Of a stretch of 64,000 nt of DNA, positions 56,101 to 64,000 are shown piece after piece (position 1 is the first letter of the stretch; each line of letters opens with the position of its first letter). A model generated the notes under the pieces. It had not been told where the DNA came from, ran no database searches, and saw only the letters and a list, made by a program, of their open reading frames with translations. Location: positions 1-64,000 of the IMG/VR virus record IMGVR_UViG_3300037851_000500, one strand, 5' to 3'. Made by a program: the position numbers and the translations under genes. Origin of the DNA: a virus.

Positions 56101-58398
56101 TTATACCAAAATTAATATATCATTTGGTGTGGTATTATCATTCGGAGCAACAATACCATCTGCACTATAGGATACTATTCTGATTGTCCACTGATTACCA
56201 ACATCAGTATCCTCAAAAGTAATAAAGGGAGTATCAATTTGCTTTAAACTACAATATTTATCGGCTGTATGTGCTACTCTAATTCCGACAGTTCTAACAC
56301 ATCCCTCAAACTCAAAATTAACAGCATCAATACTTGTATAAGTAATGTATTCTTCATCAATCCAAAAACCACCAGATGATGGAAATGCCCCATACAAAGT
56401 AGAATTATCAAACGGAATTACGGTTTGAACATCTGTTATATCTGAAGCCAGTTTAACACTTGGGGTAGTAATAGAAACAAGTGTGATATATTGAAATTCT
56501 GCATCAACCCCATTTTGAACATAAACACGAACACCATACCAATAAGGTTCATCTTCTGGTCTTTTAAAGCACAACCAAATTTTATTTTCAGTATAATCTT
56601 GAATAGCGTTAAATCTTTCTGTTTGCGCCGGAATATCCCATCTTGATGGGGTGGCATTATACGTTGTTCTAAACGGAGAAACTATGCTATCACTATAAAC
56701 ATTAGAATTATATTCCAATAATCCTAATTGAATTTCATCTTCCTCTTTTTCTTCAATATTAACTACTCTAAAGGATTTTTTATCCCACCCTGTTTGTGCA
56801 TGTGAAACACCAACAATATCACCTACTGCATGTTGATACCCCTCTACCCCAGTAATAAATACACAAGTTTGTCTCGCATAAGTAGTGGCATCAGAAAAAA
56901 ATTGGGCCATTCTCATTGCCTGAGTTTTTCTTTTAACTCCACCAAATCTAATAGTCTTTATTTTTCTAAAATTAGTAGTAATACTGGAAGTGCTATTTGC
57001 TTTAGAATAATATTCTGGAGTTTCATGTTCAATAACATCATTGCCATATTCATTAACCCAGGCATTATTTTCCTCATCCCACATTACCCTATTTATAAAT
57101 TCTATCCTGTATATATTAGGAATACTATACTCAGGAATAGATTTAAAAGTAAATGATCCTTCTTTAATATTATCCTTTAATAAAGATATAGTTATTCCAG
57201 AAGAAAAAGCAGAATCAAGATCATCACATAAATCAATATAAGTACTTGTTTGATTATATATAAAAAATTCTATAACTACACCATCTTCATCCGTATATGT
57301 TCCAGAAGCACCTTTCCAAAATTGATCTGGATAATCAGAAAAATCAGAAAATATTCTATTTACTGTACACCCACCGGATGTAACAAAATCAACTTGTAAT
57401 CTATCTGAATAATAATATTCTGGAACTTCACCAGCCTTTTCTATTAATGGTTCCAAAAGCCCCTGCTTATATCTAAGCAAACTTCTACAAGAAGAAAATA
57501 AATCTGTTAATATATCAAAACCTTTGTTTCTATCAGATATATATCGAGAATATCTAAAACGTGGTTCTTGTTGAGTTACACCATTAGCATCTATATAACT
57601 AACAAGCTCATCACAATAATCTGCTTCTATTTTCCAGGGAGAACCAACAGTATCAGGATCACCATTAAATTCTTCAGGATTTATGCCCATTCCATATCTT
57701 TTATTGGTCAAAAAATCATAAGCACATCTTATTGGATTAGCATCCAATTCATCTTCTTCTACACAAAAACCTCTTAATTCAACAGCTATATTTGGAACAG
57801 TCGCAGTAGAAGATCCCTCAACACGAAGCTCCATTGTTGACCAACAGGTGTATTTTAATTTTGGAAATGGGTAAACATTCCCTGAGTACAATGATTCAAA
57901 ATATGAATCCCCAACAGGAACAGCTTCACCAGAATGAAATACTCTTAAATTAATATGATACCCCTCTATATCATCTTCAGCTTGTTCAAATAATTTATCA
58001 TTTGCCCAACGTCTATAAGGATAAGCCATTGTTACTGGGCCTTCACAATGAGCTACAGCCCAAAAAGCATCAAGTTCAACTAAAAATGTTTCTGGCCCCT
58101 CCTTACCACCACCCTCCCTGTCAACATCAATATCGAAATCTCCTTTAGCAATTACACCACCACCACATTTATCTTGCCCATATAAAACTGGTAATGGCGC
58201 ATTTCTTACATAAGAATTAAAAGTTAAATCTCCTTGTGGGTTTGGCTTTTTAGGACTATCTGGGGGGTCAATTAACCTACCTAAGAATCCACCAATTGCC
58301 ATCCCAATCATTGCACCAGGGTATCCACCAATGTACCCACCTATGGCACCACCTATAACAGTACCTATAGTTCCACCAAGAGATCCACCTATATTCAT
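56101..58398 (-). CDS. J-like/GTA-type tail tip protein (paralog 1)
   Basis: Gly-rich N-terminus, PLPVLYG, ANPI..YDFLTN.RYGMG, DNIKEG, GVKRKTQAMRMA, LEYNSNVY. Confidence 0.82.
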   Translation of the reverse strand: MNIGGSLGGTIGTVIGGAIGGYIGGYPGAMIGMAIGGFLGRLIDPPDSPKKPNPQGDLTFNSYVRNAPLPVLYGQDKCGGGVIAKGDFDIDVDREGGGKEGPETFLVELDAFWAVAHCEGPVTMAYPYRRWANDKLFEQAEDDIEGYHINLRVFHSGEAVPVGDSYFESLYSGNVYPFPKLKYTCWSTMELRVEGSSTATVPNIAVELRGFCVEEDELDANPIRCAYDFLTNKRYGMGINPEEFNGDPDTVGSPWKIEADYCDELVSYIDANGVTQQEPRFRYSRYISDRNKGFDILTDLFSSCRSLLRYKQGLLEPLIEKAGEVPEYYYSDRLQVDFVTSGGCTVNRIFSDFSDYPDQFWKGASGTYTDEDGVVIEFFIYNQTSTYIDLCDDLDSAFSSGITISLLKDNIKEGSFTFKSIPEYSIPNIYRIEFINRVMWDEENNAWVNEYGNDVIEHETPEYYSKANSTSSITTNFRKIKTIRFGGVKRKTQAMRMAQFFSDATTYARQTCVFITGVEGYQHAVGDIVGVSHAQTGWDKKSFRVVNIEEKEEDEIQLGLLEYNSNVYSDSIVSPFRTTYNATPSRWDIPAQTERFNAIQDYTENKIWLCFKRPEDEPYWYGVRVYVQNGVDAEFQYITLVSITTPSVKLASDITDVQTVIPFDNSTLYGAFPSSGGFWIDEEYITYTSIDAVNFEFEGCVRTVGIRVAHTADKYCSLKQIDTPFITFEDTDVGNQWTIRIVSYSADGIVAPNDNTTPNDILILV

Positions 58399-58847
58399 TG
58401 TGTATACCCTTTATATCTAAAATAAGATCCTAATCTTTTTTTATAAGAATCAGAAATAATGTCTATTTTTACAACTTTATCTTTAGATGATCCAGAACCA
58501 CGAACATGAATCATATAATTTTCAGAAATAATAAACCCACAATGATGCGCGGGGTACTTATTACCAAATAATTTAAAAGTAATAACATCCCCTTTTTGTG
58601 GGTTTCTTACTTCATCAAAACCATATTTTAATAAATGATTATGCAGCCTATCCTCATTCCTTTTCCACCATGTAGGGATATAACCATTTCCATCATCTGA
58701 AGGTATATGAATTCCACACCTTTTAAAAGAAACTATTATTAATCCTAAACAATCTATACCAAGTATTGATCTTCCTTTATGATAAAATGGCGCACCCAAA
58801 AATTTTCTGGATTCTATTAAAATACGATCTGGGGTAATTTCTGTCAT
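58395..58847 (-). CDS. NlpC/P60 tail-associated peptidase
   Basis: GAPFYHKGR..GIDCLGL, GDVI.F, HHCG, MIH. Confidence 0.88.
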   Translation of the reverse strand: MTEITPDRILIESRKFLGAPFYHKGRSILGIDCLGLIIVSFKRCGIHIPSDDGNGYIPTWWKRNEDRLHNHLLKYGFDEVRNPQKGDVITFKLFGNKYPAHHCGFIISENYMIHVRGSGSSKDKVVKIDIISDSYKKRLGSYFRYKGYTQ

Positions 58848-58849
58848 AA

Positions 58850-59377
58850 TTAAAAATTTGTAATACGTTCAAATTTAAAACCTTTATGATGTCTGCGATT
58901 CCCAGAAACGCAAGAATAACAATGGGAATAATTTAAATTATGATCTTTTGCAAATTGATTTAAATTTTTTCTAAATATAACCCCACCAATTGGAGTTGTA
59001 ATTTTAAACCAACTAAATTCTTTTTGTTTATTTTTCCACTGATCCCTCATAGGTATAAAAATACAATTATCAAAGCAATAATTTCCATTTACATTTATAC
59101 GTTCTATAGAAAGATCCTCAGTTCTGTATTGCCACTTTTTAGCATACAAAAATTTAAAATACATATCTGCTTTAAAACCAACAAAATCATTCCATCTTGA
59201 GTCAATTGTAATACCCCTACCACCATAATTTTTCCATTTAGGTGAATTTGGGTTAGTACACCTATTTTTCATTGATTTCCAAATCCTATAAAATTTAGTC
59301 CCATGTTCCCCATGCTTAAAATTTCTTTCAGAAAGATCTGGTCTAATATTGCCGGTATTTCCATGTTTCCTTTTCAT
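58850..59377 (-). CDS. HNH-type homing endonuclease
   Basis: KHG..YRIWKSMKNRC.NPN..NYGGRGI..SIERINVNGNY..NC; C-terminal NUMOD1-like segment. Confidence 0.85.
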   Translation of the reverse strand: MKRKHGNTGNIRPDLSERNFKHGEHGTKFYRIWKSMKNRCTNPNSPKWKNYGGRGITIDSRWNDFVGFKADMYFKFLYAKKWQYRTEDLSIERINVNGNYCFDNCIFIPMRDQWKNKQKEFSWFKITTPIGGVIFRKNLNQFAKDHNLNYSHCYSCVSGNRRHHKGFKFERITNF

Positions 59378-59420
59378 AATTCCTCCTATGATTTCAATAA
59401 GTTACAATATCATGGGAAGA

Positions 59421-59449
59421 ATTATAACATAGTTCATTGTCCATGTCAA
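59421..59449 (-). promoter_or_regulatory. Perfect-consensus sigma70 promoter upstream of the HNH gene
   Basis: Minus strand TTGACA (59449-59444), 17 bp, TATAAT (59426-59421); AGGAGG RBS follows. Confidence 0.85.
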
Positions 59450-59463
59450 GTGATTGAAATTGT

Positions 59464-60306
59464 TTATAATAATGGTGCTTTAGGTGTATGCGGGAACCCA
59501 CCGTAATTAACATAATTATTAAATACATCAATACATGCTGTTGGATTTCTAGCACACATTTTTACAACTTTAAGGGATGTACCAATAGGAATAGTAAATC
59601 CAAAAGGAACTCTAAGAGTAACAGAAGAAGTATCATTAGCAAGAATTGGTCTATATAAATCTATATAAGTACCACTTGTTATTTTTACATACCCAGGAAC
59701 AAAATAATTTGCAACCTGACCATGACTACACGCTAAAACAGCCCCATTTGATTCAGAATCCAAAGTTGTATTTACTGTATAATCATTTATATCTAGTGTA
59801 CAAAGATCATCGCAAAATGACCAATTACACCCGACTTGAAAAATTCTATTTGGAAATTCTCTTTCAAAAATACTAAATGGGCGCATTTGAAAAGTAATCC
59901 AATGCTCATCTCCTTTTGGTTCATCCAAATACCCCTCAAATAAATCCATATACCCTAAAGCAGTTGTACTTTTAGGATTAACAAATATCAAACTAACTGT
60001 ACATCTTCTATTAGTGTATTTCCCCATCATAACATCATTTTTAAAAGATAAATCCGCATTATCCAAACCAATTTCTAATTCATTTAAAATAGTACCTTCT
60101 TCACTCTTAATTGTAGATCGTTTAATAGCTAAAGCTGTAAATGTTTTATTTATTAATCTCTGATAAGGATTAACTACAATATTTTTATTATTTGCCACAT
60201 AACAATAATCATATGAGGTTGATAAAGAAAAAGCGTAACCTGTTAACAGTGTGATCCCAGGTTTAAAAAGGTATTTAACATAATTAACATCAATATCTTT
60301 GGGCAT
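59464..60306 (-). CDS. DUF2163/BR0599-type (gpL-like) tail hub protein
   Basis: CNWSFCDDLC, C.R....C...FNN..NYGGFP. Confidence 0.82.
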   Translation of the reverse strand: MPKDIDVNYVKYLFKPGITLLTGYAFSLSTSYDYCYVANNKNIVVNPYQRLINKTFTALAIKRSTIKSEEGTILNELEIGLDNADLSFKNDVMMGKYTNRRCTVSLIFVNPKSTTALGYMDLFEGYLDEPKGDEHWITFQMRPFSIFEREFPNRIFQVGCNWSFCDDLCTLDINDYTVNTTLDSESNGAVLACSHGQVANYFVPGYVKITSGTYIDLYRPILANDTSSVTLRVPFGFTIPIGTSLKVVKMCARNPTACIDVFNNYVNYGGFPHTPKAPLL

Positions 60307-60665
60307 TAAATAATCTCCTCAACAAAAACAATATTAAAATGCCAAATGTTACCCATTCCCTCTGGATTTTCATATGTAAATTCTTTATACCTAACATAAT
60401 AAGTGATGGGTGTGCCCCCAGAAAAAAAATTAGGAGTAACAATCCAATTAAAAGGAATATTAAAACCATTTTGTCCATCATAATGTGCAAGGATTAAATC
60501 TTTTTCAGTATTTGTTTGCCCCCTAATTTCAATTGTCCACGTTCTTCGTGGATGAGTGGATTTCAAACGCGATTTAACCTTCCACCCCTCCATAGGAGTA
60601 GAAAGGACATTATATTCTGGTTTGCCAGGGGTGCATCTATGAATCTCGAATGTAAAATCCGCCAT
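60306..60665 (-). CDS. Distal tail protein (DUF2460/gpM-like)
   Basis: PRRTW, G...PFNW, VRY, F.E; position right after the tape measure. Confidence 0.7.
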   Translation of the reverse strand: MADFTFEIHRCTPGKPEYNVLSTPMEGWKVKSRLKSTHPRRTWTIEIRGQTNTEKDLILAHYDGQNGFNIPFNWIVTPNFFSGGTPITYYVRYKEFTYENPEGMGNIWHFNIVFVEEII

Positions 60666-60680
60666 TATATATTATTCCTT

Positions 60681-63600
60681 TTAATAATTTCTCATAGCAT
60701 CTCTAATTCTACGATTACTACGAATCATTCTAACAATATTTCCTTCTAATACAGCAGTATTCTTCATCAAAAAGTCAACACCAGATTGAGTATCAATAGC
60801 ACTTAAATTAATAGGCATATGAACTGTAAACTTATTTCCGCTATCACTTGTTTTAATCATCTTAGATAATTTATCTACTGGGGACACTATTTCATTTTGA
60901 CCATAAGGAGTTTTTTCACCAAAAGTATATGCTTGTCCAGATTTTAATCCTCTACCAATAATTGGTTCTGAAATAGTTCCACCCTCTGCCATAGCAATAT
61001 AACGCTCAGAACCAGAAGCAGCAGCCATACCAGAACCACCGGAGGCCATACCAGAACCACCGGAGGCCATACCAGAACCACCGGAGGCCATTCCGCTTTC
61101 ACCGCCACTAAATAAACCACCAATCATATCAAAAATACTACCAAGCATACCTCCGCTTTTACCAGCAGCTTGAGCATATTGTCCAGACGCAAGTAATGTA
61201 GCAATTTCTCCCAATTTAGAAAGAAATGAAGAAGTACCAGCATTTACCGCTTCTTTAGTTGCATTTACTGCATCCGTAGTTTTCTGAGCCTGATCAACTG
61301 CCCCCTGAGTAGCTTCTTTTACTGCTTGTTGCACACCTTCTGGTTTACCAACTATAAAAACACCAATTGGTCTGGTGCCTTCTAAAACCTGCTTCATTAA
61401 AACTTGATTCTGTTGCTGCAATGCTTCCATAGCTTTATTCATAGATGTAGCGGCAGGAGTCCCACCTTTACCAAATGCTTTTTGTAAAAATGTGGGAGAT
61501 CCAGGCTCACCAGATCCAAGAAAATCCATTAAAGGTTCCGTTATAGTTTTCTTAATGGTTGCTCTAAGAACATCCCTTTGGACAGTATTCATTAAATCTG
61601 TAAGTGCTTCTTTAGCTGTTTTAGTTTGGTCAACAAAATCTGCCATAGCATCTGTCATGCTATCTGCCCATGATTTGGACATATCTATCATTTCAGCCCA
61701 AAGAGGATGCAACTCTCTCCAAACAAGTCTTTCAGTTTCCAGGCGCATTATTTCAAGCTGGTCTACATAATTCTTTTTCATTTGTTCAAAAAATGGTCTA
61801 GAATCATCTTTTATATTTTCTAATTGTGTTTCAATTTCTTTAATTTTAAGAATTATATCAACGGTGTCTTTATTAAATTGTGCCGTAGCAGAATTTAATC
61901 TAGCCTGTCTTTGAATTAATGGTGAATATGCCCCCTCCCAGTATTTCATTGTTCTTATAACCAAATCAGCTTGATCACTATAATTTTTTTGCATTAAATT
62001 TAGTGTAGTTAACTCCATGCGTGTTTTCCGCATAGCTGCTACCATTAAATTCCACTTTTCTGCTACTTTATTAGTATGATCATCCAATTCTTCAAATTGA
62101 GATAACATTTTATCAATATCATTATAAAGTTTTTGAGCGTCCAATTCAATTTCAGCAAATGGAGATTTAAACGCTGCCCCCATTATTTTTTCTTTTAAAT
62201 CTTTTTGTGCATCGGTATACTCTTTTTGTATTTTAATTACTCTATTATAAATACCCTCTGTATAAGCAATTTCAGCATCAGAATTATCATAAAAACCACC
62301 CCTCCTTTTACTATTTTCAATCTGTAATCTTTTGATAGTTTCTTCCGTTAGTAAAATCCATTTTTGCAGCTTTTGCCATTCATTAGTTGGTGCATCATAA
62401 GTGTTTATAAGAAAATCATTCCATTCTTTTTTCAATCGGGATATACGATTTTCTTCTCTTAAAGAGTAATCATTACTTTTTTTGTCCCGTTCCGCATTAT
62501 ATGCAAAAATTAAAGAATTAGTATGATCCAGAGCATCTTTAAATGTATTATATTGATGTTCATATCGTGCATATTGACTTTCATCGTATGCTGTTTCACC
62601 AGCTTTTACACTAGCAAAGTATTTTTCATACGCTGCCAACTGCTCTTGTAACTGTTTTTTCTTTAATTGCGCTTCTTCTGTTTGGAGTCTATGTTCTTCT
62701 GCAAATTTTGCATAACCTTCCAAAGAAGCTGTTTTTGCTTGTTGTAACTGTTTTTTAGTTGAAAGTGCATACTCCAACAAAGCAATGCTATCATGTGGCA
62801 ATTTAAACATCGGCCCAAGATCTACTTGTTTTCTACCAGCTTCAGAAAGTTTTTCAGTTATTCCGTTAATTATATCTTGAATAGATTTTAATCGTTCTTC
62901 AGCAGATTTACTACCATCCCTAAAATTTTGCATAGCTTTAGCTAATTTTTTATCCAACTTATCTGCTTCTTTATTAGTAGCAGAAATATCATCTGTAAAA
63001 CCATGCATAATATCTACTGCATTAGCTGCATTAGTATCATATTTATCAACCCAAGCAGACATAACATCTAAAGATGCGGCTACAAAAGCAGTTATATTTT
63101 CAATAGCTACAAAAACACGCATAATAGCATATGAAAGATTCAAAATACCTTTTAATGAGGTGCTCATATTCTCAAGTTGTAAATTACTACCACCAAATAA
63201 ATCAGAAAAACCACCAATTATATTACCAATATTAGATAATGTATTAAATAAAGATTCAGCAACAATACCAATAGTTGATATTGTGGCACCAAATCCAGCA
63301 GCAATTTCTTTACCAAAATTTGTTAATTCCCCCTTAACATTAATTAACTTATCAGTAAAATCCATTAATTTTTTAGAAAATATGTTTGTAAATTCCTCTG
63401 CACCCACCCGTTTAATAATTTTCCAAACTTCAGTTATTCTATTTTTAGCATGTAACCATGAACCTTCTAATTTTTTATTCATTTCATCAAATGGCATAAG
63501 AGCATCAGACAAAACCACCAGTAAGTCCTTACCTTCTTTTTTTGCGTCTTCTAATACTTTCTTTAAATTAACCCCCATAAATTTAAACATCATAGCCAAC

Positions 63601-64000
63601 TGATCAGAAGCCCGCTGTCTGCCCAAAATAACAGCATTTAATTCTTGTCGCATTTGAGTACCGGCATTAGCCATACCCTCAGTTACAGCCCTAACTGCTG
63701 TTCCAATAGCAGCTATTTTTCTAACATCCTCTTTAGTCTCAGGTACAATTCCTGCTTGAACAAAAGTTTTTGTCAGCATCGTAAGATCTTCAAGAGAAAG
63801 CACAGTTTCAGTAGCTACCAACTGCAATCTATCCATCAACCCACGACTATAATCATAAGCGTGTTGAAAATTATCCTTTACGTTCCCAAACATACGCATT
63901 GAAAGAACGGTAGCTAAAGACATAGCATCTTTTTGAAATTGCCCGATTTCATCCATTGTTTTTGTAAAAAATCCAGCAACCCTACCAATAATATTCTGCA
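60681..64000 (-). CDS. Tape measure protein (5' end outside the window)
   Basis: More than 1091 aa, helical; C-terminal MAEGG..GE...E...P and INLSAIDTQS; frame open to the window edge. Confidence 0.88.
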   Translation of the reverse strand, partial: QNIIGRVAGFFTKTMDEIGQFQKDAMSLATVLSMRMFGNVKDNFQHAYDYSRGLMDRLQLVATETVLSLEDLTMLTKTFVQAGIVPETKEDVRKIAAIGTAVRAVTEGMANAGTQMRQELNAVILGRQRASDQLAMMFKFMGVNLKKVLEDAKKEGKDLLVVLSDALMPFDEMNKKLEGSWLHAKNRITEVWKIIKRVGAEEFTNIFSKKLMDFTDKLINVKGELTNFGKEIAAGFGATISTIGIVAESLFNTLSNIGNIIGGFSDLFGGSNLQLENMSTSLKGILNLSYAIMRVFVAIENITAFVAASLDVMSAWVDKYDTNAANAVDIMHGFTDDISATNKEADKLDKKLAKAMQNFRDGSKSAEERLKSIQDIINGITEKLSEAGRKQVDLGPMFKLPHDSIALLEYALSTKKQLQQAKTASLEGYAKFAEEHRLQTEEAQLKKKQLQEQLAAYEKYFASVKAGETAYDESQYARYEHQYNTFKDALDHTNSLIFAYNAERDKKSNDYSLREENRISRLKKEWNDFLINTYDAPTNEWQKLQKWILLTEETIKRLQIENSKRRGGFYDNSDAEIAYTEGIYNRVIKIQKEYTDAQKDLKEKIMGAAFKSPFAEIELDAQKLYNDIDKMLSQFEELDDHTNKVAEKWNLMVAAMRKTRMELTTLNLMQKNYSDQADLVIRTMKYWEGAYSPLIQRQARLNSATAQFNKDTVDIILKIKEIETQLENIKDDSRPFFEQMKKNYVDQLEIMRLETERLVWRELHPLWAEMIDMSKSWADSMTDAMADFVDQTKTAKEALTDLMNTVQRDVLRATIKKTITEPLMDFLGSGEPGSPTFLQKAFGKGGTPAATSMNKAMEALQQQNQVLMKQVLEGTRPIGVFIVGKPEGVQQAVKEATQGAVDQAQKTTDAVNATKEAVNAGTSSFLSKLGEIATLLASGQYAQAAGKSGGMLGSIFDMIGGLFSGGESGMASGGSGMASGGSGMASGGSGMAAASGSERYIAMAEGGTISEPIIGRGLKSGQAYTFGEKTPYGQNEIVSPVDKLSKMIKTSDSGNKFTVHMPINLSAIDTQSGVDFLMKNTAVLEGNIVRMIRSNRRIRDAMRNY
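61024..61091. repeat. 21-bp tandem repeat x3 (SGGSGMA) in the tape measure gene
   Basis: GCCATACCAGAACCACCGGAG at 61024, 61045 and 61066, plus a partial copy. Confidence 0.92.

Noticed and set aside
40539-58398. Diversity-generating retroelement or invertible fibre cassette
   Set aside because: No reverse transcriptase or recombinase in the window, and the paralogs differ throughout rather than only at adenines.
1-64000. Stop-codon reassignment as the cause of the split genes
   Set aside because: Long genes are intact in the standard code, all three stops end genes, the splits involve whole inserted genes, and the tRNA is a normal Leu(UAA).

Overview
AT-rich (roughly 30% GC by eye) segment of a large tailed dsDNA phage, most likely a siphovirus of a diderm bacterium, read in the standard genetic code. 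Two arms converge at ~31.63 kb. The + arm (1-31.6 kb) is an early/replication region. It holds small Zn-finger genes, a multi-HEH acidic protein, and a family A DNA polymerase split into two genes (UDG-like + 3'-5' exonuclease half; polymerase half) with two unrelated genes between them. It also has a Ycf46-like AAA ATPase/DUF1257/DUF2997/DUF3150-like cluster, UvsY-like/SSB/tRNA-Leu(UAA)/RecA, a glycosyltransferase-methyltransferase fusion, a resolvase, a Rad50/SbcC split around the Mre11/SbcD gene, a 5'-3' exonuclease, a methyltransferase, and three consecutive intein-containing genes (DnaB-like helicase, SF2 helicase, primase). The - arm (64 kb down to 31.6 kb) is the late tail/lysis region: tape measure, GTA/lambda-like tail tip genes with two tandem J-like paralogs, fibre and appendage genes including a 1242-aa protein of about 80 14-15-aa repeats, two free-standing HNH genes, three more glycosyltransferases and holin/lipoprotein candidates. 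The strongest candidates for undescribed biology are three. (1) A basic terminal peptide (KRHRLQVIP / KRVKLKLIP / KHKLRVV / RHKLIP) is shared by unrelated replication and recombination proteins, including the new C-terminus created by the polymerase split. (2) A second terminal tag, R-K-I-[ST]-F, occurs on proteins linked to the AAA cluster. (3) A putative repeat-scaffolded virion filament cassette. All functional calls come from motif recognition by eye; no searches were run.
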